A stretch of DNA of 64,000 bases from Lama glama (lineage: Eukaryota). Below, piece by piece: positions 26,636 to 38,771 of the stretch. The notes below the pieces were generated by a model. It was not told the DNA's origin, did not search any database, and saw nothing but the letters and a program-made list of their open reading frames with translations. A program made the position numbers and the translations under genes. Location of the stretch: positions 4,528,001-4,592,000 of the forward strand of contig CM052816.1 of assembly GCA_028534125.1 (NCBI GenBank), written 5' to 3'. Numbering within the stretch: the first letter of the stretch is position 1; every line of letters begins with the position of its first letter.

Positions 26636-27143
26636 TTGGGAGGGGAGGGCCCGGGGCCTGGTACCCCAAAATATGCCTCAATGGCATATTTATTACTTTG
26701 AATTAAAGTTACTTAAACAGCTGATGCAAGAGGGACGACACTCTGGCCCTCCTCTCCGTCTCCCGGAAAGCAGGAACTAAATCTTCCCTCTGAAAGGTGA
26801 CTTCCTTTCTACTTGGGAGGTGGAGAGACATTCTTATCACCAGAGACAGGGAATTCAGGACCTAGAAGCCGGTGTAAACCAAACTTATTTCTTTACTAAC
26901 TTACTACCCAAGCCCAAACTGCTTAAATTCCTTAAGTTTCTCTGCCCTGTCAATTCCTCACAAATTTATTGTTTCTTTGTGTAAAAAGGTATAAAAGCTG
27001 CTTGCTTTTGGTCTGAGCATCATTTTATGACCTCCTGCTTTTCTCTCGGTTTTCCGCCTGTTAATCTGTCTTGGCTATTTTATTATTAGCCCGGCCACAA
27101 GAAGTCAAGAGGGAATGTGAGGTAAATTTCCCCCTCCTTGGCA
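26636..27143 (+). mobile_element. ERV1 solo LTR (MER34/MER39-like)
   Basis: taccccaaaatatgcctcaatggcata...ggtataaaagctg (TATA)...ctgttaatctgtct...aaatttccccctccttggca. Confidence 0.85.
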
Positions 27144-27207
27144 TAGGCTTTTATTACAATTACAAACTTTTGTTCTTGGAAATTCACCATTAAGAAAACA
27201 AAAAGTT

Positions 27208-27397
27208 GAATAGATAAAAGATTATACTGTATATATAGCACAGGGAAATATATACAAGATCCTGTGGTAGCTCACAGAGAAAAAAATGTAGCAAAGAATA
27301 TATGTATGTTCATGTATAACTGAAAAATCGTGCTCTACACTGGAATTTGACACAACATTGTAAAATGACTATAACTTAATAAAAAAATGTTAAATTG
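27208..27397 (+). mobile_element. Short young LINE-1 3' terminal fragment
   Basis: tatagcacagggaaatatatacaagatc...cacaacattgtaaaatgactataacttaataaaaaa. Confidence 0.85.
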
Positions 27398-27413
27398 AAA
27401 ATAAAAGTCAAGT

Positions 27414-27572
27414 GGGGAGGTATAGCTCAAGTAGTAGAGCGCATGCTTAGCATGCACAAGGTCCTGGATTCAATCCCCAGTGCCTCCTCTAAAAATAAAT
27501 AAACCTAATTACCCTCAAAAATAAAAATAATTAAATAATACAATAATAAATGAATGAAAACATTTTTTAAAA
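27414..27572 (+). mobile_element. tRNA-Ala(AGC)-derived SINE (camelid vic-1 type) with A-rich tail
   Basis: ggggaggtatagctcaagtagtagagcgcatgcttagcatgcacaaggtcctggattcaatccccagtgcctcc: A box, AGC anticodon loop, degenerate B box; followed by an (aaat)n tail and TSD-like flanks. Confidence 0.9.
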
Positions 27573-28549
27573 AGAAAGCACAAAGTCAGACTACAGAATA
27601 AAGAATATATTCTTCACACATACAACAGGCAAAAGAATTGTAACAAGAATATAGAAAAAGCTTTTATGCTTTGATAACATAACAAACAACCCAAAAATAT
27701 ATGGACAAAAGGTGTCAACAAATTTCCAAAAGAATATATACTGACAGCCAAAATGCACATGAAAAGAAGCTTAACATCACTGATCATGAAGGAAATGCAA
27801 ATTAAAATCACAGTGAGCTAGCACTACATGACCATTATAGTAACTAAGATGAAAAAGTCTGACAGTAACAACTGCTGATGAGGATGTGGGAAAAACAACA
27901 TCCTCATAATGGCCAGCAGGAAGGGAAAAGGGTACCACCGCTTGGGTTACCACTTTGACAGTCTCTTTAACAAGTTAAAAACAAGCCTACTACACAATCC
28001 AGCCAGTCCACCCCTAGCTATTGACCTAAGAGAATTGAAAATCTGTTCACCCAAAACATTATACGTAAATCTTCAGAGCCAATTTATTTGTCACTGCTAA
28101 AAACTGGAGACAACCAAAATGTCTTTTACAGATGAAAAAGATAAATAAAATGTGGTTTTCCCATCCAATGGAACATTCCTCAACAATAAACAGTAACAAA
28201 AAAGTGACACAAGTAACAACATGAATGAATCTCAAACTTATTATTCTGCATGAAATATTTTGAAAAGAGTACATAGTCTATCAGTTCATTTATATAAAAT
28301 TTCATTTATATACAATTCCAGTGACAGAAAGCAGATCAGTGACTGCTTGTGGATGAAAATGGAGAGAAAGATGATTCCAAAGGAAGAAAACTTTTGAGAG
28401 TGATGGAATTTGTCAGTATCTTGATTGTGGTGGTGGTGGTAGTGATGGTGACAATGTATCTGTCAAACCTCATGAAATTGGACATTTTTAAAATGTGCAG
28501 TTTACATTGTGTAATACGTCTAAACAAAGTTTTAAAATGAATAGCAATG

Positions 28550-30180
28550 GTTTAAGAGATATACAGAGAAACTTACATCATCCCTTGAATGGAAAATTAG
28601 TATATATTTTTAATGCTATATAATAATTTGTGCTTTCCACAAAGAAAACATTTTAAATTCCAAAACAATCTATGAAATCAAATAAAACTCATATATTACA
28701 TAGTCTATAAAATTTGATAAATAATATCAAATATTTACACTATTGATCAAAACTTCTAGTTAACTCTTAGACCAAAAGGAAATTATAAACTGAAAAAATA
28801 AACTTTACACTAAAACTTACAGCACAAATTAAAAACTCTATGAGAAAAAAATGCATATCCTTAATATCTTCATTATTAAAGAAGAAAGATAAAAATAGAG
28901 GAACAGAATTCATCTCTGAAAAACTAAAAACAACAAAATAAAACAGGAAACCGAAATTCACATGAATGAAAGGTTTTGATGAAAGTGAAAACAAAAAAAT
29001 ATATAGGAAAAATAAATAAACTCACCACAGGAAAATATAAACACATGCACACATACATAAATGATTAGGAATTAAAAGGAAAAGTCAACCAGAGGCAAAG
29101 GAGAGAGAAAAAGAATTACAAGAGGAGAAATATTACAGGCAAATATATGGCAATATATTTGAAAACCTGGGGGGAATCGCCAATATAAACTATCACGCTT
29201 GATTCAGAAAATAATATACATGAGATGGTAATGTATAACCAATTGATATTTCATCTCAGAGTAGGAAGGATGGATTTTAAAAAAATCATGTTGACATAAG
29301 TGCCATCCATTGGGATGAAAAAAAATTGAACCCTTAACTTACATAATACTAAGTAAAGATAGAATGGAGTGGGTCGGGGGAGAAAGAAAAATAGAAATCC
29401 TGCAAAAAAAAAAATATTTCAGTGGCTTCCTGTATAATTTCATGGTAAAGCAGACTGTCTTATCTAAGACTAGAAAATAAGGTGTTTTAGAAACCATAGT
29501 TAGCCCTATAAAAGTTTAAATATTTACAGCAAAATATGACAAATCCCAGTCCTGAGGATAGAAATTTAGTACCTATAATATAAAAATACTCTTTTGAGCT
29601 GACAAGAAGAACACTCCTCAAGAGAAAAACAGGTGAGGTTATGAATAGAAATTCACAGAAGGACAAATCCAAATAGCCAACAGAATATAGAAAAGGGCTT
29701 AAAAAAGTAGTAAGGAAAATGTAAACAAATCCAGTAATAAGCTATGATTTTACAGACTTCAGACTAACAAAAGCTGGATAACAACTGAAGGTGTAGGGAG
29801 GGCAAGACCATTCTGGCATGTTGCTGGTAAGATGTGCATTGTTACTGGCTTTGTTGGAATATATTCTGGCAATAATTATTAAAATTAACAAAAATTTACC
29901 TAGAAATTCCATTTTGGGAAATTTATTTCATAAAAATGAAAGCCTCAGTATATAAAGATATACAGTTTAAGGATATCTGATGCAACATGGTTTGAAGTGA
30001 CCAAGAAACAAGACAGAAAAGAACTACTGGATATAAATAATCATCATCAATCAGAGAAGGTCTGAGTCAGCTACAAAAGTTCACGTCATGGAAACAGTGG
30101 GCTGCCATGATAAATAATCACAGAATTGCAACAAGATTTCTTTGAGTAACAAAAATGAGATGCAGAGAAGTGTGCATAGT
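28550..30180 (+). mobile_element. Old LINE-1 (L1ME-like) fragments
   Basis: A-rich; atatatggcaatatatttgaaaacctgg, atgaatagaaattcacagaag...aaatagccaa, tgttgctggtaagatgtg. Confidence 0.6.
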
Positions 30181-30510
30181 TGAGAATGTGTTTGACTAAA
30201 ATGAAGAGAAAACCTGATGATCACGCATTCAACAGACGGAGGTTTATTTTAGAAATCCAAGGGTCAGGATTGCTCACACTAATTCAGCCACTCAAAATGC
30301 TATCAGGCACTCAGATTCTTATCTTTCTATGATGCCACCAGGAAGATGCTGGCTTTTGTTCTCACATTTATCCCAGCAAGGATGAATGGAAAAGAATAAA
30401 ACTGGTAAAAACCAAATTTATCCTATTTATTAGGAACTTAAACTCTCCTAGAAATATTGCAACACACTTCTCTCCTCAGGGACAGCTCATAAGTACTGGG
30501 ATTCTTGCCT
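30180..30510 (-). mobile_element. Old MaLR LTR (MLT1J/K-like)
   Basis: gagaatgtgtttgact...agaaatccaagggtcagg...tctttctatgatgccacc; diverged. Confidence 0.5.
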
Positions 30511-30999
30511 ATCCCCTCCCCATCAGCAGGGACATCTGCTGTGAATTCAAATTTTAAGCTCTCCAGTCTCTATTAGTAGAGAAAAGCTCAGGGAAAGGTG
30601 CTTTATAGGTTAGAAATCTTATAAAAACATATTATTATATTTGCATAAGATAATCTTATTTTTGTAAATCAATGATAAAAACTCTATATGAATATGCATG
30701 TGTGCTTCTGTCTATGATTATATGAGCATGAAGAAAATATATACATATACGTTTAAGCTTTTATGTGGATTTCCTCAAGACAGGTAATACAGATGGAGAA
30801 AGCATAACAAGAAAGAGGCAAATGGAAAAAAACATCATTAACTATAATGTGATCATATATCCATTTAAATAATATATATCAATAATTTAAAATGTTCCCA
30901 GCATATCATTATATTCAAAACGGTTATTTCTATCACAGTATGCCATTTTCATTTTTTAGAAAATACGTATGTTTGTGTGTGCCTACCCAATATTCACTG

Positions 31000-31150
31000 A
31001 GCTCTTTTTTTGTGACCTACACATAGATACCAATAACATATACCTTCTCATCCTCTCAACAAGGTTATGAGATGAGTATTATCTCCACTTTACAGATGTG
31101 GGAAATAAGGCTTGGAGGAGTTCAGATGGCTTTCCAAGATCATCCAACAG
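31000..31150 (-). mobile_element. MIR fragment
   Basis: tcctctcaacaa...tattatctccactttacagatgtgggaaataaggcttggagg. Confidence 0.75.
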
Positions 31151-32326
31151 AAAGGGAAAGGATACAGGTCACCTTAGTAGTGACTGCCCTTGGGAGTGGG
31201 ATACAGGTGGGCAGGGCAAGGAGGAACAGAGGGCTCACACAGGCCCCTTTATTGACCTCAGAACATTTTCACTATTTTACGATTGTGTTTTCAAAACAAG
31301 TTAAGATTTTCTTTAATCTGACCTACATTTCACCCTAAAAGTAAAGCAATTTTGCTTTGCTTTTCTCTCCCCTTCCCATATTGGTATTTATTTCCCCCAC
31401 TTAGTTCTCCAGATCATTTTTCTTTGGTTTTCTTTCTGCCTCCTAACACTGTTCAGCCTCCTCAATTTTTCTCTCTCATCTTCAAAGTAAGATAAATGAT
31501 ATCCCCTACCCCCTCCCACACAGATGCACAAATCCTAGGGAGAACAGACACCGAGCTCTCCAGTCGAGCTTACAGAGGGATTACACATGTCAGGCAAGTG
31601 CATCCTGATGTGAAACAGATCAGAATGCAAAATTCTAGGGAACTGGACCATCAAGCATCATTTGAGGAAGGTGATCAAGCAGTATGCCTAGGGTACCATC
31701 ACACCGAATTTACTGCCATACAAGGTAAGAAAGAAATAGAACCAAGGCAGAGAATGAGGATACCTTCAAAGACCCTGCATTAAACAGGGATTGGAATGCT
31801 GCCCTCCAGGGTCAAATCTCACAGCAGTAGGAGAAAATTTTTGACTCAGAGAGAGAAAATCTCTTCAGCCTCTTAAGTCACTAGATCCCTGCCTCTGCTC
31901 AGCTCCTGACTTTGAGACTGTTCCAAGCTCCACTTGGAAATGGTGATAGGGAGTGGATTAAGCACAGCTGGGCTTTTATGCTTAAACCTTGAGCATTAAT
32001 GGCTCAGCAAAGCAAGGTTTTCCCATTAGAGCTACCGTACCTCCAAGTCCGACTATGGATATAAGCCCCCAAGTTGAACGCATCTGTAAGAAATATGCAC
32101 GCATGTTGGCCATAAGCTGGAGTACACGTCTTATGGGATGAGAATCAGGAGTCTAGGAAGACAGCCAAGTTGAGACTGCCTTGGCTAGAAAACCAGTATT
32201 TCTCACATATTGCTGGGCTGAAAAGAATAAAAGTTTTCCCAACACCAACGTATCAAATATAGTAACATCAGGACATTTCAGGGAAGAGAGAGAGATCCTT
32301 TAAATACACATGTTTTTTTAAAAAGA

Positions 32327-32328
<2 letters not shown>

Positions 32329-32359
<31 letters not shown>
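32329..32359. repeat. (AC)15 microsatellite
   Basis: Read directly. Confidence 0.97.
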
Positions 32360-32361
<2 letters not shown>

Positions 32362-32989
32362 TGTTAACATCCTCAAAAAAATGCTGATATTCTCTATTGC
32401 AGGAGAAAAAAGTATTAAATTATTTTTACAGAGCATTTTCAAAAAGTCTGCTCATTAAACGTGAACTCATTATTTTTTGTTGTTCTAATAAATACACAGA
32501 GATGTTCTCACCCACAGTGGGCTGGGTTTCAAAACTCTTGTTTACCACTTACAGCTTGTTCCAAGATACTGAGTGAAGTTTGACCTTAGGTTGCAACATC
32601 CAGCATCCACAATTTTCTTTATAGCTTTTATCTGGAAATTTACCTGAATTCTCAAACGACCATGGGAAGTGAGACGTTGAAAAAAAGCAATACTCCAGGA
32701 AAGAGTTACTAAAATAATCTAAAATTATGCTTCTCTAGATGGGAAATTCGCCAGGACTCTCCTAAGGGCTAACATTTCTCCATTGTTACTAAAATGCTCC
32801 TAGGAACTAGATTCCAAGATTCAGCAGCAGTTTCCCTGCGGGGTGGCATTACTATGGGGCAAGGGAGGGGAGGGGCTTGAACACAATAAGAGTGTTGAAC
32901 GCAGTGAGGCAGAGGTAAGTGTAACAAGCACACACTGAGAAGGAGTGAGTAGGAATTTTCTTCCTTTCTGGAAGGTAATAACAATGTTA

Positions 32990-33197
32990 GAAACAGATAA
33001 GGCACCCACCATGGGCCAGTCACTCGGTCAAATGCTTTCCTTGTAACACACACGTGAAAACTTGCATTCCTTCCATTTTGAAGATGAGAAAACTGGGCCT
33101 TAGACAAGGTACTTGCCCTTGGTCACACAGCTAGAAAGTTAGCAGAGGTGAAATAAAATCTCTTGTCTGATTCTCAAGTCTTTACTTTTAATCACAT
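32990..33197 (-). mobile_element. MIR SINE
   Basis: ccattttgaagatgagaaaactgggcc...acttgcccttggtcacacagctagaaag. Confidence 0.85.
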
Positions 33198-33442
33198 GAG
33201 AGAAAATGCTGCTTCATATCAGATATTACAGAATGGAAAACTTGTGTAAGGTGTGCACGTGAGTAGAGAAGAGAGGGGAGATGTGAGGAAGAGGGAGAAG
33301 GAGAAAGGCAGGAGAGAGAGGGAGAGAAAACCGGGCTCACCTGCGTAACCACGGCAGGTCACCCAGGCGTGATGCGGACTGTGTTGTTCCTGGTTGGCAT
33401 CCCTCAGCTGCCGGACTGCTTCAGAACCCTTTTCCTAGTGTA

Positions 33443-33520
33443 TACTCTCCTGTACTCTCCTATATATATATATAGGAATAGGAGATAGATAGAGATAGAG
33501 ATAGAGATAGATACATCTCT
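33443..33520. repeat. Compound microsatellite: (tactctcc)x2, (TA)7, (GATAGA)n
   Basis: Read directly; cctatatatatatatagg is palindromic. Confidence 0.9.
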
Positions 33521-33886
33521 ATTCCCACAGATAATTCAAAATCTTTGCTAATGAAATGAAACAAGGAAAAGGAGCCTAGCTGAGAGATTCAAGTTGCAGC
33601 ATATTCAAAGGTGGACTGATTTTCAGTTGTTGATAATTAAACTTTGCCTGGGAGATCTGTCTCCAGAACCCAGACCAAACTTTGTACAACCATGAACATA
33701 TAGGACTCCGATTCCATTATGACCCACACTCAGTTAATTCTGCCTGAAATAAACAAGACACTAAGCCACTATACCTGCCCATTCAATTCCCAGCACCTCA
33801 GCAGGAGTTGTAACAGAGAAACTGTGTCCAGAGGATCATGCAAGATAAAATCTATAGGATCAAGAATTTCCGTAAGATAATCCCTC

Positions 33887-34330
33887 TGTCAGTCAGGTCT
33901 TTGCTTTATTTTGTTGACAAACAAAAGAATGGCTCTGCCTACTGTAAGCAAAACAGCTTTATTGAGAGGACATAGGGTCACTCAAAGAATCAAAGAAATG
34001 ACTAAATAGGCCATCTTAGGGGAAAAAAAATGGAAGCAGGGATTCAATCAGCAGGATCTGATCAACAGTCAGGGTGACAATGGTGCGAAGTAGCAGCTCC
34101 AGTCATCCTTACACACTGGAGTCACTGAACCCAATGTTTAAAGTCCCTGAAATGAGAATCAATTGAGTTGCTCCTTTGGCTAGGAAGAGCAAGGTAACTT
34201 ATTGACAGCCCCACCCAGAATCTATTTAAGGGGGAAGAGACAATTATCCAGAAGAAAGCTGGGGAGAGAGTTCCCAAAGGTGGGAGAGGTGTGAAATGGG
34301 TGCTAAGAAAAAAAAAATCCATTACAGTGT
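33887..34330 (-). mobile_element. Old MaLR LTR (MLT1K/L-like)
   Basis: tgtcagtcagg...taagcaaaacagctttattgagaggacatagggtcactcaaagaatcaaag. Confidence 0.55.
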
Positions 34331-34719
34331 TCCCTCCAGGAAGCCCCAGTGTTGTTGATCTGAGCTGGATTCTTTCATTTACACTCTCCCTCTCTCTCTT
34401 TCTCTCTCTCTGGACAGGAAGGGAGGGAGGACATAAGAAGAAAGGAACATTCAGAAAGAAAAATGACTTTCAACCATTCTGCCTTAAAATAATAAGCTTG
34501 TGACACAGGCAATTTTTTAAGACTTTTGAAATGTTTTAATAATAACAAAAGTGTTTGTTTTGGCAACTGAAAACAGCTATCTTCTAAGAGGATGGATTTT
34601 GATGAATGCGGGGCGCTCTGTTGGGCTGACACCTTAATATGAAAATCTGGGAGAGGAGATGGAGGCAGGGAGAGTGTAACAGAAGGGAATTTCAAGTGCA
34701 GGAAGAGTAGAATGCGGGA

Positions 34720-35116
34720 CTGGAATTCAGAAGATACACTCAGTTAACTGCGAATCCCAGACTACTCAGGACATATATACTGAGGCGGCCGCTTTGGGAA
34801 AGCCATTTATGGTCTGTGTACCATGACTGAGCTGAGAGAGGTGCTCAGCAGAGCAACACTGAAAAGCAAAACAGTGGAGTATATGTGTGGAGGGCAGTCT
34901 ATGTGGAACTAGAGAAAGAACAAGATTAATCGAGTAACTGCCTTGGCACCTAGTGGCCTTTCAAGTCCAGTTTATGTCCCTCCTGAAGGATGGTCAAATT
35001 TTTAGCCCTTGGGTTCAAAGACATACCCCTCATTCCTTACAATAAATCTCTCTCAAATTGAGCCTGATGGGTTGGTCTCTGGTTTATTGCTATCAACAGT
35101 ATCCCAGTATAAGACA
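34720..35116 (+). mobile_element. Ancient ERVL/MaLR-type solo LTR
   Basis: 3' end gcccttgggttc...cccctcattccttacaataaa...ggtctctg...taagaca. Confidence 0.55.
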
Positions 35117-35329
35117 ACTTGTCTTATAACTTGAGTTAACGTTTGGATGAAAGTTCAGGGCAGCCCAGGAAGCCCAGTGGAGAATGACGACAGAGTGCAT
35201 TCTGGATGCCAAGATGGAACATTTGATGCAAGGAAGGAGAGGTCTGGGAGGGAACCCAGATATGAAAGCTTTACCATCAGAAACTGTGGGGCTGGAGATG
35301 TGAGCATGGTGGCAGAGGTCATCAGGAAG

Positions 35330-37570
35330 ATGTGACCACTGGTTTGACTCACAAGCTGGTCCCGGACAACTGGAGGCTTCTCACCCCACTACCTCTGTCT
35401 TTGGAATGTGTGCTCCACTTGCCTTCTCCACACTCGAACCTGCCCAAGGACACAGCTTTGAGATAGTCATGTGGTATTGATACCATCTGGACTGTGTACA
35501 TAACTGAACCCTGTTAATGCCTCTATGTAAACTTTTTTTTAATTGATGTATAGTTGATTTACAATGTTGTGTTGATTTCTGGTGTACAGCACAGTGATTC
35601 AATTATACATATATATATATTCCTTTTCATATTCTTTTTCGTTATAGGCCACTACAAGGTATTGAATAAAGTTTCCTGTGCTATACAGTAGGGCCTTGCT
35701 GTTCATCTATTTTATATATAGTAGTTAGTATCTACAAATCCCAAACTCTCAATTTATCCTTCCCCAACCCCCTTCCTCCCTGGTAACCATAAGTTTGTTT
35801 TCTATGTCTATGAGTCTGTCTTTGTTTTGTAAATAAGTTCATTTGGGCCTCCTTTTTTTTTTTTTTTAAGATTCCACATATAAGTGATATCATATGATAT
35901 TTGATTTTTCTTTCTGGCTTACTTCATTTAGTATGACAATCTCCAGGCCCATGCATGTTGCTGCAAATGGCATTATTTTGTTATTTTTTATGGCTGAGTA
36001 GTAATGCATTATATAAATACACCACGACTTCTTTATCCAGTTATCTGTCGATGAACATTTAGGTTGATTCCATGTCTTTGCTATTGTAAATAGTACTGCT
36101 ATGAATATTGGGGTGCATGTATCTTTTTCAATTAGAGCTTCCTCCAGATATATGCCCAGGAGTGGGATTGCTGGATCATATAGTAAGTCTATGTTTAGTT
36201 TTTTGAGGAATCGCCATACGTTTTCCATAATGGCTGCACCAAACCACATTCCCACCAGCAGTGTAGGGGGGTTCCCTTTTCTCCACAGCCTCTCCAGCAT
36301 TTGTCATTTGTAGACCTTTAAATGATGGCCCTTCTGACTGGTCATTGCTGTTTTGATTTGCATTTCTCTGATAATTGGTGTTACTGAGCATTTTTTTCAT
36401 GTGCCTATTGGCCATTTGTATGTCTTCATTGAAGAAATGTCTGTTTACATCTTCTGCCCATTTTTGGATTGGGTTATATTTTTTTTTGTCATTAAGTTGT
36501 ATGAACTATTTGTATATTTTGGAAATTAAGCCCTTGTCAGTCACATTATTTGCAAATATTTTCTCCAATTCCATTGATTTTTTTGTTTTGTTTATAGTTT
36601 CCTTTGCTGTGCAAAAGCTTATAAGTTTAACCAAGTCCTATTTGTTTATTTTTGCTTTTATTTCTATTGCCTGGGTAGACTGCCCTAGGAGTCTAAGATT
36701 TATGTCAGAGAATGTTTTGCCTATGTTTTCTTCTAGGAGTTTTATAGTATCTTTACTTATGTTTAAGTCTTTAAGCCATTTTGAGTTTATTTTTGTGTGT
36801 GGTGTGAGGGTGTGTTCTAACTTCACTGAGTTACATACAGCTGTCCAGCTTTCCCAACACCACTTGCTGAAGAGACTCTTTTCTCCATTGTATATTCTTG
36901 CCTCCTTTGTCAAAGATTAATTGGCCGTAGGTGTGTAGGTTTATTTCTGGGCTATCTATTCTGATCCATTGATCCATATGTCTGTTTTTGTGTCAATACC
37001 ATGCCATTTTGATTACTGTAGCTCTGTAGTATTGTCTGAAGTCTGGGAGGTTTACTCCTCCAGCTTTGTTCTTTTTCTTCAGTATTGCCTTGGTAACTCT
37101 GGGTCTTTTGTGATTTCATATAAATTTTAGGATTAATTGTTCTAGTTCTGTGAAAAAATGTCATGAGTAAGTTGATAGGGATTGCATTACATTTATAGTT
37201 TGCTTTGGGTACTATGGCCATTTGAACAATATTAATTCTTCCAATCCAAGAGCATGGGATATCTTTCCATTTCTTTAAGTCTTCTTTAATTGCCTTAATC
37301 AGTGTTTTACAGTTCTCTGCATATAAGTCTTTCACCTCCTTGGTCAGGTATATGCCTAAGCATTTTATATAAACTTTTAAGATGTGACTGGTAGGGGCAG
37401 AAAACTACTCATCTTGCAGGCACCCATGATAAGCCTTGTAAATTCATTTCCTTGTTCATTAACACTGCCACCTACCAATCTGGGGGATTCTGCCTCTTTC
37501 TTTGGTCTCTTCCTGCCCTCCATGTATGGGGACTAGTTTCAGATAACACCCAGGAAGCTTCCATTCTTCC
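35330..37570 (+). mobile_element. ERVL solo LTR (MER74-like), split by an L1 insertion
   Basis: caaggacacagctttgagatag...accatctggac...ctgaaccctgttaatgcctcta before the L1; taaacttttaagat...ctactcatcttgc...attaacactgccacctaccaatctgg after it. Confidence 0.65.
35537..37365 (-). mobile_element. 5'-truncated LINE-1 (ORF2 C-terminus + 3' UTR)
   Basis: Minus-strand ORFs [38 protein letters not shown]; poly-T end; TSD tatgtaaactttt (35524-35536) / tatataaactttt (37366-37378) at a TTTT/AA site. Confidence 0.96.
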
Positions 37571-38265
37571 ACATCAACAGAGGAGTGGAGTAGCAGTCTA
37601 GGATCAATTTGCCAACTCAGGAAAATAATAATTATAAGCAGAGATCCAAAACTTGCCATTCTGGTGGTCGTTCCACTGCTAGCCCCATAGGCCTGTGTTG
37701 GTGAATCACAGCACTCCTTCCTACCAGCCGCCCTCGGATGGTGAGCAACCTGAGTGATGTTGAGAGCCCTCACTACTTTTCACAGCTCATGAGTGGTGAG
37801 CGATTGCTGTGATTAATAAGGACACTGGTTCCATGAGCATGATGAACTTGCAGCTTTGGACAGTGAGGAATTATGGTAATTAGCTACTCAGAGTGATTAA
37901 AAGTTCACTGGGTAAGATAAAACCTTGGCTGATGTGGGAAAAGTGATGGAGAGGGGCATGCTCACGGCAAGGGGAGGGGATGCTGATACAGAGCCACTAG
38001 TAGGAGGAGCAGGGAATGAACATCAATTGTCATTAACTTGGTTGCATCTACGATGACCCATAATAAACTGAGCTTTCCTGACAGAGAGAAAGGAGGAGAA
38101 AAAGCAATCATTAGCAAAAGAACGTGGTCTTGTTTGCGGGGAGGAGGGACTGAAATCTCTAAACTGAGAAAATAGGATTAACTTTAATACATCTCCATTA
38201 ACTATACTCTAGCCATGTTCAAGGATGGTTGCATCTAAGAAATACAGAAATGGCACCGAAAAGAC

Positions 38266-38400
38266 TGAGCATAGTGGTTAAAATCTTGGGCTCTGGGATC
38301 ACATATATTAAGGTTAATCATGTTCTTCCACCTACCAGCAGTGACCTTGTCCAGTTCACTCTAAGTAACTAAGTAACTCTCAGCACTCAGTTGCTGAAGC
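38266..38400 (+). mobile_element. MIR fragment
   Basis: gcatagtggttaaaatcttgggctctgggatca. Confidence 0.7.
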
Positions 38401-38653
38401 CTTCCATGAGAAAATGCTCAGAAACCAGCACACCACACTGAGGAGATATCACTATCAATAAAAACAAAATGACCTTACCGTCATTCTCTCATTGTCATAA
38501 GGGATTTACCTACTTTTATGTGCCCCTGTGAAGTCTCTACCACTTTGGCATACTTAACGAATTTAAAGTTGATACGATACTGGGCAAAATCAATGAAATC
38601 AATGACAAAAGTGAGATTCTGAATATTCTCAAGTGAGATGACAATCCAGTGCT

Positions 38654-38771
38654 AGGGAGAGTGGCCAAGATGGTGGAGTAGAAAGACGCTAAACTTACCT
38701 CCTCTCACGAGCACGCTAAAATCACAATTAACTCCAGAACAACTATTGATGAAAAAGACTAGAAACTATCA
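38654..38771 (+). mobile_element. Isolated LINE-1 5' terminal fragment (118 bp)
   Basis: ggccaagatggtggagtagaaagacgctaaacttacctcctctcacgagcac...; similar to the L1 5' end at 14659-14815. Confidence 0.75.

Larger units (their letters stand above)
25290..28540 (+). mobile_element. Old LINE-1 (L1MB/MC-like) 3' half, split by LTRs, a young L1 tail, a SINE and a gap
   Basis: aaagctgattctaaaatttatagagaaatgcaaa; tttttgacaaaagtgc; ggaaatgcaaattaaaatcacagtgag; gtgacagaaagcagatcagtg 3' UTR. Confidence 0.8.

Noticed and set aside
27414..27487. Functional tRNA-Ala(AGC) gene
   Set aside because: Altered acceptor stem and T-arm (ggattcaatcc), long A-rich tail and TSD-like flanks indicate a SINE.
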